From the human T2T-CHM13v2.0 reference genome, Homo sapiens, in the NCBI RefSeq assembly GCF_009914755.1, contig NC_060937.1: 64,000 nt of DNA; one strand, 5' to 3'. The translations under genes and the position numbers were made by a program. Under the pieces are notes generated by a model. That model worked only from the letters and a program-made list of their open reading frames with translations, was not told the origin of the DNA and ran no database searches. Of this stretch, positions 27,036 to 45,399 are shown in pieces (the stretch's first letter is position 1; every line of letters begins with the position of its first letter).

Positions 27036-27260
27036 CAGGAGTTGGCATACCATGGCCCTTAGACCTCATCTGGTCTGCTACTTTATTTTGTAAATATAGT
27101 TTCATTGGAACACAGCCATGCTCCTTCACTTATATGCTGTTTATGGCTATTTTCATGCTACAGTGTTAAGGTTGAGTGAATGCGATAGAGACTGTATGGC
27201 CTGCAAAGTTCTAAAATATTTACTTTCTGGCCCTTTACAGAAAACGTTTTTTGACCCTTA
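27036..27260. mobile_element. MER58A (hAT-Charlie)
   Basis: caggagttggca...ttggaacacagccatgctc...ctggccctttacagaaaa. Approximate 8-bp TSD tcctagaa/ttctagag. Confidence 0.88.
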
Positions 27261-27635
27261 TTCTAGAGTATTGAATTGGAAGTTTCTATCATTTAAAAAT
27301 GCATGAATTCAGTGAAAATACAGTTTCATATTAATGTTTAACAGAAATGTTGATGCCTAAACTTCTCTAAAGGTCTATATTTTAATAATTTTGTGAATAT
27401 TGAATTCGCACGGCTAAGAAAGGTCAAAATCCAAGTTGACTCTTTTGCTGAAGAATCAGAGAAGCTTAGATCTAGTGAGGACTGCAGAGATCTGGGCTGC
27501 TGCCATTCCTTTGTGACCTGACCTTGTGGGCTACAAAATGTTATTTTCAATCTAGTTTTGCAGGAAGGAGAAGGGGCTAAGTGTTGCTTTTTTGCAAAAT
27601 GGTTACTCTGCTTTCCAACTGAAAGTGAAATGTTA

Positions 27636-27900
27636 CATTCATTTCAATAGCAAATATTTATTGCCTGAGGCATTCTGTGGGGGGCTGTGCTGGGAAGGAT
27701 GAATGAAGAGTCCCTGTCTTTAAGGAACTCAAAGAAACAAAATGGAGAGATGAACATTCTGGACAAGGGTAGAATCAAAGGAACACAGGCCTGTATGGCA
27801 CAGGAAAGATGCCTGAGATCTGAAAAAATATCAAGGTCTATAGGTATTTGGAAAGACGAAGGTAAAATATATGAATAAATCTGTGAAAGAATTGAGTGAG
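27636..27900 (-). mobile_element. L2 fragment
   Basis: cattcatttcaatagcaaatatttattg...gtccctgtctttaaggaactc. Confidence 0.55.
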
Positions 27901-28017
27901 AGTTTTGCATTGATTTTGGCTGTGATTCTTTTTCACTTTGTTTTATAAATATCTAATCGAATTCACCTAAGATTTAATGACTGGAACTAGGAAGATTCAG
28001 CTTAAAAATATGACTTG

Positions 28018-28328
<311 letters not shown>

Positions 28329-28818
28329 TCAAATATTTTCAATTTTGGCATATGTTTTCTACTCATGCAGATTCTGTTTTGATTGGCCCTCACGTTACTA
28401 GGTTAGTCATTGATTATTTCTTGGATTATTTTGAGGGTGGAGTTGCATCTCATCCAGAATAGACAGAAAGAGGCACCAGAGTCTTCTGTGCTTCTAAATA
28501 TTTTCTTCTCAATTCTTTAATTAGACACGTATTTGATTTAAAATGCCTTTCTTTGCATCAAAGATGTGATTAGTCTTAAGAAGTATTAAATTATTTATTA
28601 TACATTAGTGCCAAGGCCTAATCAAGGGACCATCTAATGGAGATGTGCCTTAGTTAATAGGAGTGACTGATGTGACTGATGATGGTGGGAGGGTGAAAGG
28701 GTGATCATTTTGGAGCTGGGGATGTCTTTGGAGGACACTGAGAACTCACCGATTGCCTGAGGAAGAAGAAAGAGAATAACATATATAATGTGGAAGGTTT
28801 CAAAACTGAACTACATGA

Positions 28819-29152
<334 letters not shown>

Positions 29153-29999
29153 GGATGTTTTTCTAATGATTTTCCTGCTCTGAGCTTTCTGTATTTACAT
29201 CCTTCCACATTTATTTATTCATCAAGAGATCACAGGAATCTAATAATTCTTCTGAAATTGATTCCTGTCTCTAAATTATAGCCATTGTATACATGGATCT
29301 TATTAGGAATAGGAAGCCTAATGGATTTTTTTTGGAAAAAAATTAGGGAAATACTATTGACAATGATAAACTTGGTTGTCAAATATTATCATTCATAATT
29401 GCTTGATATATTTATAAATATTTCTGAAAAATTCATATTTATCCCCTAAGTAAATATTTAATGTTACCATACTTCATGAATATTTTAATCTTTATATTCT
29501 TTGATAGGCAATAAAGTTTGATAGCAAATTTTTGTTGAAATACAAAGAACATGTAAAATGCATCATTTATGGAGTTTTCTAACTTGCTTTATTCTTCTCA
29601 TCAAGTTTCAGACAGCTCTGTGTTTGCACAAATTATACAATTTATGCTGTAGGATCTGTACAGATTTTACTGTGTAAATATACATATTCCATATAGAATT
29701 TCTCTGTATGAAAATGAAAATAATGTACATTTTTTACATTATTATCTTCACATAAATAATATGTGACTAATTTTAGAATCTAATACTGGGTCTTATGTAA
29801 ATCATTAATAGTTTAACATCCTCAGTAGTTATACCTAAAAATAATTATTAGCTATTTTTACTGCAATTTACATGTGTCCCACAGTAATATACATAATGTA
29901 TATATTATACCTTGGGCATACATAGTTGGTTCAAGATCAATTTGTTACTTGCTTTGATATATATTGTTATCTGGGTCATTGTTTGCCTTTCCCCCTTAG

Positions 30000-30669
<670 letters not shown>

Positions 30670-33299
30670 GGTTAAAATTTATCCAAATTATTTTTGCTTC
30701 AGATGGCCTGTATGAAGGTGCGTTAGATTCTGTCCCTTTTAGAGTGACAGTGCTCATAAGTTCTTTATCCTTTCCAGGAAGACCAGAAGAATCCCATTGA
30801 CTGCTGGGGGAAGGGCTCATCTTTTGAGTCAGTTGCTGTGCTTGTCCTGTGTGCACGGCCTGTGTTCTTGCTTCTGTGTGCACATTGATAGCTTCTTTTT
30901 GTGTTCCATGATTGCTGTCATGAAGTGCTTCAGTCAAATAAATTAGCTCTGTATCTTCAAGAGAAAATAGATTTACCTCCCTACAGAACAAAATTCTAGA
31001 TGATAAGAAAGCTGGACTTTAATAAATAATTTTCATCATCATCATTTATACCAAGCAGCTTTTGGAAGTGGCTTACCTGGAGCTGATCCTGGATTGGCTG
31101 CACAACAGATAGGCAACACTGATTCAAGTAAATACAAAGGAGATTCAGACAGCTCCATCAATGTTAGGATCCAAAATTCATACACCAAATAGATGATTTA
31201 ATAGCAGTATGACCCCCAGGGGAATAATGATATAGGAAAGGGTAGTGGTAGTGTGCCATTAAATTTCTGTTGGTCTTCTACATTCAGTTAGTCTAGGAAG
31301 TCATTAAGAAAGAGTAAGAAAGAGGAGGGATTTTAAGATGATTCAGTGAAAGAAAGTGTGCTCTCTAATATCATGTCTTGGGTAGCAAATCACTATTTGA
31401 GTGTTTTTCCTGCATTCATAATCTTAGGCAATTATTTGGACACATAGGCATAACATATCCTCGAAACAGAGAGCAATAGCCACGCATTTCTGCAAACAAT
31501 GAGAATAATTATTAAATGATTCCTGGAAAATATGGAAAAAAGAAACTTACATCACTAGATGAATGATATCTTAATTGTGGACATTTTGCAACACTATAGG
31601 CAGTTTTGATTTTTTAAATGCTACTTTTGATGAGTCTGTTAAAAAAACTGCCGAGGTATATTTATTAATATAATACATTAGATAGGCTTGAGATGACTTC
31701 TGAACCTGTGGTGTTTACTAATTTTTTTCTTTTTATTGATTTATTGTGACATAGGAAATAATTTATTGTATTTTGAGTTATTTAAAAATTCTAGTAATAA
31801 GATATCTTCTTAAATGGGCAGTAAATATTATATGAATATTAGTTCATGATACAGAGTGGGATTTATTAAAATGAAATTTATCACCAAGAACAAATTCCTA
31901 TTTCATATACGTATTTTCTTAATATACTTTCTGTGTGCTACTGTAAAGATGCTGTAATTTGCTTTTTGAAATTACAGCTCTCCACGATGAGAGGGAAGCT
32001 TGATTTGATTAATTATGCTTACAAGCTGTTAGAGTGGGGGAAAAAGAAAACGGTTTTGACTTTAGTTTTTGCATAATTGCTGCTTTTTGGATTTACATTA
32101 CTTCCATCAGTTGTTGAGAAATGAAGAACTAATTTATTTTAAAGAGAGAGAGAAGATGAAGAGTCAAGGGTATCAATACTGAAAAGTAATAACATTTAAC
32201 TACCACTTTAATATGGTGATCAGTAAGATGAGAGAAAGTATTTATTAAAATGATAGTGCCAGACTTCATGGATATTTTTCAGTCTATAAGAAAATAGTTA
32301 TTCTTATATTTAGAGGACTGATTCCTTAGATGATTTTCGTTTTACTTAACTGACACCATTAGACATTACGTTAAAAGGAACACAATCAATTCCTTATATA
32401 CTGCTTCACTGAAAGCATTTGCAATGATCTTCGAGGTTGGTATTCATTATCCTTCAAGAAGAATAACAGATTCATTTCATTTCTTCTTAGTCAAATAATT
32501 ATAATTAGACAGAGAATATTTATTGCTGGTACTGGAACAATGCTTTAAATGTCAGAAAACAAAATATAGGCAACCCAATATCCAAAATCAGGCACCTGAG
32601 TTTAAACATTAGATATAGTGGTCATTAAAATAATCAACATGGTTTCCTCTTCTCTGTAATTAATGAGTAGATATTTGCATCAGGCAGCAGACTTATGTAA
32701 AAGACTTTAACGGTGGAAAAGACTTATTTAAATCCATCTTATTAACTCTGGAAAGGTAGAGGTGAAGGTAATTTCTGAGGGACCATTTTCATTCTTGCTT
32801 CTATTTCCATTCCATCCTTATTCCTTTCTTCCTGTATGCTCTTAAGTCTGGTATTCAGCAAGAACCCCTCTGAACAGCCATGTTTGGTTAAGATTAGCTT
32901 GTTCTTTTCAAGCTCACAGCTTCATAAATATGCATTCTATTCTAGGAAGCAAAGATTCTATCCATGACAATTTGCTGTCTAGTGGTATGCATGATATAGT
33001 CTGTTATAATGGGAAAATTGCATACACATGTTGACTGAAGAGAGTTTTACCGATAGGAAATCAAGAAACTTCCTGGGAAGATTAGGAAAATTAACCTTTG
33101 TCTAGCGTTAAGGAGAGAAATTATATTTGGCATATTTCCTCTATATTTGTACAAAATATTTACATAGACTTCAACTGTGGAAAAACAATTTTAAATATTT
33201 TCTAAGTGAATTTGAGATCAAATACACACTTGGCATAGTTTGCAAATATTTATTTTCCTCAAATTTTATTCTAATATTGTTATAGGTTATGTACCGGGA

Positions 33300-33490
33300 T
33301 CCCATGGTACTTGCATCTACTCTTAGTGTTTACCACCTTCTGGTTTTTATTATTTGTTTTTCTCACTTAGCCATACATTTTTGAAGAAGGAGGGGGTGGC
33401 ATTTACTTTAGCATCTGCTTGGTTTCATGCTAAGCATAGCGCATAGGCATAGAGAGTGTTCAATAGGTACTGTCTAATTGAATGGTGATA
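33300..33490 (+). mobile_element. L2 3' end fragment
   Basis: agcatagcgcataggcatagagagtgttcaatagg...attgaatg. Confidence 0.5.
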
Positions 33491-34733
33491 ATCAACATCA
33501 ATGATGATAAAAATGACTTGGTTTCTGACTGTGATAAAAATTTAAATGTAACATTTTAGGAGGATGGTGCTAGCTTATTTATTTGAAATATTTAATTGAA
33601 TTCCTGTCCCAAGTAGTTAGTTTACTTAGTGGAAAAATTTTCACATATAACAAGGCTACTTAAATCAAGTTCTATAGTCTGCTGGGGCTCCATAGATAGG
33701 TCTAACATTAATGCAAACTCTGAAATAATTTGCAAAATGTTGCTTGCATGTGCATTTTTCCAGAGAGAGAGAATCAAAGCTTTTAATAGATTCTCAAAGA
33801 GCTCTGTGACTTAAATAAGATTTAATGACTGAGTAGTTGTTTTGGCAAAAAGTCCAGATTTTGTCAGTTGTCATATGTTCTCTCTATTCTTATCATTTAA
33901 ATTAAACTTTGATAAAAATGTAATAAGATCGTATGTTCCTATTCAACACTGTATTCAATTTTTTTAAAATTTAAAAACACATCAGTGTCCTTATTTTTAA
34001 CTATAATAGGAAACTTTACATGAGAAGAATATTGTTAGAGAAAATCAATAGCTAATAGTGGGGAAAGAAGCTATAAAACTTAGGTATAGTGGATATATAG
34101 TTTATAATTCAACACATTTTACATAAATGAAATACATTTATAAATGCATAGAATAAAGACAAGAAAGATGTCCTTGAATTGTCTACAATGATTATTCCTA
34201 GGTGAGTCTTACAAGATTTTATTTTCTTCTTTTGGCTATTACAATCTGTATTTTAAAATCTACTCTTCAAGAATTTTATATGTGTATAGTGAGTATTGCT
34301 CAAAAATTTTTTCTTAGTTCTTTGCATTTTTGTCATGCTGATTATTTTTCTTCAAGCATTTAAATATCAACACATGCATATACATGTTCACATATGCATA
34401 CACAGATATATGTATATATAATCAAACAGAGAGCAATCTGCTTCAATGACATTAGAATAACTTAAACATTATTGAAATGAAATTTATTTATCATTGTGTT
34501 GTGGGACTTAATGCTTCCATGGCCAATAAATCTATCCTTTGCTTAAGAGTCTTGGGTTTGCAGAAGGTGGAAGGGTTGTCTCAGCTTTTTGGATACAGGT
34601 AGAAAGTTTGAGAGATTCTAAAAATGGGCTGGAAAAAAAACAAGTTAAATCTAACAACCAGTACTGAAAAGAATGGGAGATGCCCATATTATCCATACAA
34701 TTAGAAAAGACGAGGAAGGAGATTTGAGATATG

Positions 34734-34861
34734 CTCTCTCTCTTTCTATCTCTGTCTCCCTCCCTCCCTGCCTCCCTCCCTATCTCCCTCCCTCCCTCCT
34801 TCTCTATGTCCCTCCCTCCCTCCCTGCCTATCTCCCTCCCTCCCTATCTCCTTCCCTTCCC
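34734..34861. repeat. (CCCT)n-like polypyrimidine tract
   Basis: Direct reading. Confidence 0.9.
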
Positions 34862-36399
34862 ACTCTGTGGCACACGTAAAAACGTATGCGTGCATCACAA
34901 CATACTGCATCCACGTACTCCTTTATTGTATGTGGCATTTTTTTGGGTTCTTCTCTTTTTCAGTGCTACCCTTAATATTCATTTAACTACAGTTCACCTT
35001 AAAAATGTGTTTTTATTTAGCTGAAAGCTAGGGGCTTATTAGCAAATACTGTCTGTTGCTTCCTACTACACCTGTCCCTTCCCTGTATGTGTTGCATGTA
35101 TACCTCTGACCACCCCCATGAAACAAAGGCCCTTGAAAATCATGAAATTCAGACTTACATGTGGAAGTTCAAAAATATTTTTACCTCAGATGCAGATAAC
35201 TCCATGAAGCCAAGAGAGCAAATAAGCAAAAAGTACTCTAATGAATGAATTTGATAACTGGGTTTCTTTTTTAAATGAAGCTATAAAATACCACCATGCT
35301 ATGTACCACATTTATGAAAAGAATCCTGGTATGTGCATAGCCATGTAAGCCATCAGTAAGTCTCATATTCCATTGATAGGGAACAGTTGGGGAAGGTGGA
35401 TTTGTGAGCTTAGTGAAGAACCTTGGTAATGTTGCTATCCTACTTGTTCTTTCATTTCTATCCTCTCAGTTCACATGCCACAACCTCTGTAACTGTGGAA
35501 TGGCAGCATACACACATTTCTTGAATTAACAAAATGCATGAAATTTAAACTTTGGCAATTGGTGGGAAGTTGTGGGGGCTGGTGGGCGCTTTCCAGAAGT
35601 CTGAAAGGAGAAGGTAGAGGAAGGAGATAAAGCTCATCAAAGCAAAGGGGCCACCTGTCCCCTTATTCTTTGATACTCCCGCCAGAGTAGTCGTCATGAA
35701 ACATGGATTTAAAGCAGGTTAAAATGAATGCCCAAGTGTTGGCTAGAAAGCATCCATACTCTGTCTTTTTAAGGTAAACTGGATTTCTGTTGAAAAACCT
35801 CTTTCTCTTCTACACATATGTCACATATTGGAGGTGGATGTGATTCAGACCAAATAGAACATTTTGCAATATCCTGTTCGGAGTAATTGATTCAGAGTTC
35901 GAAAGAGATTTTCCAAGGGCTGGGTAAATCTAAGGAAGATGTAGGTCTGTAGTTTCTGGCAACTGTCTAGCCACCAAGTAGAACTTGGAAATAAAACCAT
36001 TGTGGAGAAGAATGAGCTTCAAGAGGGAGAGAGTGTGGGCTCTGGGGACATTGTTTAAGCCTCTAAATAAATCTCTGCTAGCTTTCTCATTTTCTTTGGC
36101 TATTAAGTTCATTTTTTTTTTGTTTCATTAACTTAGAGTTGTTTTTGTCATCTAAAACACAAATATTTCTAACTGATACAATGTCTTCCCCCTCCTGAAA
36201 TCACACAGATTCTATATTAGCTGCATAGTAACATAGAGCTCCTTAGTACCCAATGGGCACTGCATAATCTGAACCAACACTGCCTTTTGGCTTCTTTAGA
36301 TTTTGTTCTGCTAAGCTTCTAAATTCTTAAATTGTCCACTTAACCCAATAGTATCCAGCCCCTCTTCATTTCTAAGTAATGCTTTAGTTGAACTTCTCA

Positions 36400-37280
<881 letters not shown>

Positions 37281-38072
37281 TTCCATCTAGGTTACTGGAA
37301 GCTGGCAACTGCCTCGAGGTAGCTGCTGGATTGAGAGCCTGCTTCCCATCTTGGATTCTTGCTCTTGCTTTCTATTATTTTAGGATTTCCTTTATTTTCT
37401 TATTGTCTTGCAAACTCAGCTGTGCCCTAGAACAGGTTTTTAAAAAGAATTGCATCCAACATTTTTAGGAAGTTTATTTTATCTAGTATCTTATGAGAAG
37501 TAAAAATTCTTCTCCATTTTCTGCCCATTTAAATCCCTATCATGTTTAAAGGCTCCAGAGCTACCTCTTTGGAAAGCTCTTCTGTCAGAAAGAATTAATC
37601 CCTCCCTTTGGATTTCCCCATATTATTTATGCCTCGATTTAGCACTCATTTCATTTTGTCTTAGACAATTCTCATTTACGTATCTTAGGTCATGCAGTTC
37701 TTTTCCACTTACCTTCAATGGTGTCTTCCCTCTTCTTGCCCATTTTCCTAAATGCTGTAGATTCATCCCAAGTCTACTACAAATGTAATGTCCCCCATGA
37801 TAGCCTCAGATATTCTGTTCCTCACTGATGTGTTTCATTTCTGAATTCCTATTACCTTCTTAGCTTAAGTCACTGAAATAGCACCTCTGATTCATAAGCT
37901 TGCCTTGTTCTCTAATTTTATGATGGTCCAAGATAGAAACCAGAAAGAAGTTAGTATATTCTTGTTCTGACCCGCACAGGTGTCTGTGTGAGTCTCCTTG
38001 ACTCTTTAATTGTAGACGAGATTGACTTGATTGACCACTGCACACTGAGCATTTGCCTAAAATCCTCCCCAA

Positions 38073-38370
38073 GGCCGTAAGTGGTAGTTCATGCCTGTAA
38101 TCCCAGCACCTTGGGAAACCAAGGCGGGTGGAACACCTGAGGTCAAGAGTTCAAGACCAGCCTGGGCAACATGACAAAACCCCATCTCTACCAAAAATAC
38201 AAAAATCAGCTGGGAATGATGGTGCATGTCTGTAGTCCCAGGTACTTGGGAGGCCAAGGCAGGAGAATTGCTTGAACCCAGGAGGCGGAGGTCTCAGTGA
38301 GTCAGGATCACTCCACTGCACTCCAGCCTGGGTGAGAGTGAGACTCCATCTAAAACAAATAATAATAAAA
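38073..38370 (+). mobile_element. Alu (AluSx-like)
   Basis: Full dimer. TSD taaaatcct(c/t)cccaa. Confidence 0.96.
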
Positions 38371-38769
38371 TAAAATCCTTCCCAAGCTCTTTGGCTTTTC
38401 CCAGGCTGGAGTACAAGTGTGGTTCTCAAGTTCACCCAGATATGAAATCCATTATCTTACTTAGTTTCGACAAAGATACTCACACACATAAGGCAGTTAT
38501 CTATACGCTTTACTAAGATATTGGGAAATTTTTATTCTAGCAATGCAAGGAAATTTAACTTTATTATTTTTCAGATATTTTCTTAAAAAGTTACTCATCT
38601 ATCCCATCATCAGAAAGAAAACGAAAGAGAAATTCTTCATGCCTTTGAAGTCTTTGGATGTAACTCAGCATTGCCAGACTAATGCTTATTCTATTCCCAA
38701 TAGATAAAGCAGTCTATATGTCTTTGGAGAGGGTAGATATTTTATGTTAAAAAAATAGACCAACATTGT

Positions 38770-39070
38770 GAATAATTGTTGCACTCATCAACATGGATGA
38801 ATTTCAAAAACATATTGTGGAATGAAAGAATCTCAGAGGAGAATAAATTCAGAATTATTCAATTCAAATAAAGTATAAGAACAAGTAAAACTAAACTATT
38901 TATTGTTTGAGGTTATGTACAAAGGTAATAAAAATAATTTGGGGGCATCTGGGAATCCTCTATTTATTGGCCAGGGAGTCAGATGCAAATATTTCATTTT
39001 ATTACTGATTCTTAAATTGTGCATATACATGTATACATTTTCATATACTTCATATAATTTCAAAATATAA
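38770..39070 (+). mobile_element. L1M 3' UTR relic
   Basis: caacatggatgaatttcaaaaacata...gaatgaaagaa...aaaactaaactat. Confidence 0.65.
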
Positions 39071-40195
39071 TAAATAATAGATTAGGCAACAAAAGCAAAA
39101 ACAAATAAAATATACCAATATCAACAAAGCAGAATGTGTCAGAAACTATTAAATTTCCCAAGTCTAACACTAGATCTGCAGATGAACAGACCTTACCTAA
39201 ATGTTTTTGACCTTGGGAAAAAATAAAGTACAATTGTTACTAAACAGAAAGTCTTTCTTCATGCTGAATATATCAGCTGTAGAGGAGAAAATCAGTGACT
39301 CATAACATACTACACCCAGTGTCTGCACAAAGGATTTAGATTAATTATTCTTGGTTGGTTCAGACATATTTCTCTAAGATCTTGACAACTGATATTGGTT
39401 GGTTATGACCCAAGCCATTACAAAGAAACCGAAGAAAGGGACTGTAATCATTTCTGTGAAAACAGAAAAGTTTAAACATAGCCAATTATTATTAATATTT
39501 GCAGAATAAACAAAAATAAATGTAACACATTGTTTAAGCTGATAACTAGGGATCTTTACTCAGAGTGTAAGAATATGCTTTTAAACATTTTATTTATATT
39601 TAGAACAATAACTCTGGTACAAGTTTGCATTTAGGTTTTTAGATTAATACAGGATCCTCTTTCAGAGACTAAAAATGAAAAAAAAACTAACAATTTTTTC
39701 CTATATAGAATGTTCCAAAGCTCATGATAAAATTAAATCTTTATATAATACAGAATGCAGTTTCCTCATTTGTATGCATTGCTTTATTTTCTTTTTATTC
39801 TGCCTGTTACCCAATATAACAAATAAAAATGCCATTTTTTTTAAAAAAAGGACTGTTTGTGTTAATCATATGGCTGTATGTATTTTCACAGACTTTATAT
39901 CTTTAACCTGAGAGAGTTTGTATTAATATTTCTCAGCATTTTCAATAGCAAGCTTGCTAGTCATTTGAATAGGTAAAATAGATACCCAAGGGAGATGTGA
40001 CTTTTTCATGAAGTCAGTGGGTTTTCTTTATAAGAAGACCAGGTTCCCTTTTATCCCCTTTTAAGAAAAATGAGAGTTGACACCATTGTGCAGCAAGCCA
40101 GATATACCTCAGCACTTGGCTTCTCCCCAGAACTTCGGAATGCTCACTTCTGGTTGTATTTTTAAAAATAATCATTATTGTGTTGATATTTACAG

Positions 40196-40231
40196 TTTGT
40201 ATTGAACACATATTTGGAGTATAGACTCATG
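40196..40231 (+). other. Candidate 36-nt exon (FVLNTYLEYRLM, or a UTR exon ending in ATG)
   Basis: tttacAG acceptor and ATG|GTAAGT donor. Frame-preserving length, only phase 0 is open. Confidence 0.35.
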
Positions 40232-40302
40232 GTAAGTGCTATTTTGTTTTCATAAACCAGTACTTGTGGACCACTATAGACGTATAAGGTATAAGATTAT
40301 AT

Positions 40303-40406
40303 TTATATATATGCATATGCATGTATATGTATACACATACACATATATGCATATGCATGTATATGTATACACATACACATATGTGCATATACACATGCAC
40401 TACATA

Positions 40407-40442
<36 letters not shown>
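40303..40442. repeat. Alternating purine-pyrimidine tract: 36-bp duplicated TA/CA unit plus (TG)13
   Basis: Direct reading. Confidence 0.9.
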
Positions 40443-40444
<2 letters not shown>

Positions 40445-41117
40445 CAGTGGATGTGTATGACTGTATGTAAAAGTCTCATTTTAAGCAAGGGCTTCAAAAC
40501 GAAGAATCAAATAAAAAGTAAACATAACTTCCCTAAGTTCCAAACTATCCCAGGGTGCTCAGCTCCATTGCCTCCCTGGGTTTTCTCCAAATGCAACTTA
40601 TTTGTCATGGATTTGGAGGACCTGTGAAGATGAAATGCAGCTCTAGCAATGGAGAGGGGATAGCTAGGGAAGGTCTTTGTCCATTCAACACACACTTCAG
40701 GGGAGAAGCCCACTATTCTGAAGTTACCATTTGGCCTCGTCTCCCCTAAATGATGAGAAAATTGCAAGTCACATCCAGTTTGTTAGTTTTATTTCAATTA
40801 TAATAATTTTAGCTGAAAGCTAAATTAGAGCTTAATTTTAGTCACAGCCAGCAGGAGCAGATGCTACTTTTCTGGCTCCTGGACATTTCTTCTCATATGA
40901 ACAAACACGCCTACCCCCTTTCTCTTTTCTCTCTACTTTCTGTATCCCATCTAAAGCAACATAGGAAAAAATGGATAGACATTCTTAAATCACAAATAAT
41001 CACTTTTTATTTACTATTTTGTGTTTGCGTAGAAATGATTTTTGTTTATTCTATAAGCGCCTTCCACACTGAAAATAGCACAGTGTTGATCAGAAGACAA
41101 TTATATAAAAATAAGAC

Positions 41118-42955
<1,838 letters not shown>

Positions 42956-43072
42956 CACCTATTAGGTCCAAGTTCTAACAATGACATTGAAAGAAAAACT
43001 AATTTTTGACGTACAGATATTCACAAAGGAAAATGTTAATTCTGCCTTAATATCTGTCCTTAGCTTAAAAAA

Positions 43073-43760
43073 ATAGCCTTATTAAGATATAGTTCATCCA
43101 TTTAAAGTGTACAACTCAATGGTTTTTAGTCTATTCACAGAGTTGTGCAACCATCACTATAGTCAATTTTGGAACATTTTCTTCAGCCAAAAAAGAAACC
43201 CTGTGCCTGTTAGCAGTTGCTCCCCATTTTTCTCTAACATCCCTTAGTCCCTGGCAATCACCAGTCTACTTTCTGTATCTATGGATTTGCCTATTCTGGA
43301 CATTTTCTATAAACAGAATTTGAAAAAAGTGGTCTTCTATAAATTGCTTTAACTTATCTTTAACTTATCACAATATTTAACTTATCACAGTATTTATCAC
43401 AATGTTTTCAAGGTTCATCCATGCTCTAGCTTATAACGGCACTTCATTTTATTGTGGAATAATATTCCTCTCTATGGATAGACCACATTTTGCTTATCCA
43501 TTCATCAGCTCATGGACATTTGGGTTGTTTGAATGTTTTGGCTCTTATGAATAATGTTGCCATAAACATTCATGTATGAGTCTTTGGGCATATTTTTTAA
43601 AATTTCTCTTGGATATATACCTTGGAATCGAATTATTGGGTCATAGGGTAACTCTATATTTAACTCTTTGAAAGACTGCAAGACTTTTCCCCAAAGTGGC
43701 TGCATCATTTTCCATTCCCATCAGCAGTGTGTGAGAGTTCCAATTGCTCCATGTCCTAGG
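43073..43760 (-). mobile_element. L1MB-type 3' end
   Basis: tttaaagtgtacaactcaatggtttttagt...gagttgtgcaaccatcac...gatttgcctattctggacattt. Confidence 0.85.
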
Positions 43761-43872
43761 CTTTTAATTGAATTTTTGATGTTGAGCCACACTAGAATAA
43801 AAGTCTATACTTAGCTGCAACATTACAATGTTAACACTAGAAGCAATATTTAACAAGCTTGTTATGACTTTT

Positions 43873-43933
43873 GCAGGTGCATTTTAGGATTTCGTTTTAA
43901 AGCAGGTGCATTTCAGGATTTCGTTTTAAAGCA
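43873..43933. repeat. 29-bp tandem duplication
   Basis: gcaggtgcattt(t/c)aggatttcgttttaaa x2, one mismatch. Confidence 0.9.
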
Positions 43934-45399
43934 CTTGAGAACAATCTTTCTATAGCTCTTTGCTGGGAGTCAGAAAGTTTTCCAATACTAGAGCTCTCTG
44001 AATACTGGGAAAACAAGATTGCTGCCCCAGAAATTACTTTTCTTTGTTCTCTGTGGACATCAGATATGAGTCTGTGGTTTGGGCTTCTGATTAGTTTGTT
44101 CGTACGTGATTCAATGGTGGTGAGTTTTTCGGTTTACTCCTCAAATGACTTTTTTTTCTTTCTGCATGCTGGTGGAAAAGGGAAGATGAAAAACAAACAA
44201 AAAGAATCTATCAGAGACCTCCCTGATGCAGTGTCTTGGAGAGTTCATGTGCAGCTTCATCTGGAATTCTCCTCTTTTTTTTGTCCTGAAAAGTCACTCT
44301 TGTGCACACATGAACACTTTGATCTTCTACACACTGTTTTATTGGCAAGATGCTTGTCTTATATTCCCCCCTTTGGATTCTGAAATGTTGTTTACTTCTT
44401 GTTCACAGCTCCAAGTACATTTGTGTCTCTTCCTTGACACCAAACTGAACTGTTAGGAGAAGAGATACTGAACCTTCACAGTGCCTTGCATTATATTGTC
44501 TCCTATCCCAGAGTTTTCACTGAGATGTGAGAACATTCAGTTCTAATAAGTTTTAGTTGCTTTTTACAATTGTACATAAGCAGTGTTGTTATTGAAATAG
44601 ACTGTGCCGAGGCATAAATATGTACAGAAAGCTGACAAAGAAACACAGAAGGCTTGAAAATGGGCCTTTCTATCTTTGAGATTGGATTAAGATGACACTC
44701 ACCACAATGCTGATTTCTACTTTAAGTTTTCTCTACACTGGGGTGTATCTTATTTACTACTATTTGAGATGGCATTTCAGCTGACTTCATCACTGTCAAC
44801 AGCTGCTAGCCCCAGCATGGCCCAGCAGCTGGTGTGGAGGGTTTGGGGCTGGGCCCAGCATCCCCAGCGTCGGGGAAGATCAAGAATACTGGGGACTCCT
44901 ATTTCCCACATGAGTGAGACGTTGGGTCAGTCTGTTGACTTCGGTCCTTGGGGAGCCCCACTTCCTCACAGACACTCCTGCTTCTGTGTCATGGCCCATG
45001 ATGTCAGATCAGATTGGTGTGGTTGCTGGTCCAGGTCAGCTTGGCATTTGTCTCACACCCTTGCATATTATAATGTGGATTTCTGAACCCTTCCTGGGGC
45101 TGGTGCATGCAGGAAGCATGATTTTCTTGGTCCAGATGCTATTCTTTGCACAATTATCCCCTTTCATTCCCTCCTGATTATGATGAATAATCAGCAGCCT
45201 TTTTTTTTTACTTTGTCTAGTGAACTCAACTTTTTTTTTTAAAAGAAGTAAGTTAAGGTTGCTTCTTTCAGCTTATACGAAGACAATAGGATATTTAAAA
45301 ATGTGCTTCAGTCTATCTGCTTTGAATCTCATGCTGTTAGACTAAGTCACCTGTGATCCCTCCACGTTGAAGTTGTCTACCTATCCCCATATTATTCCC

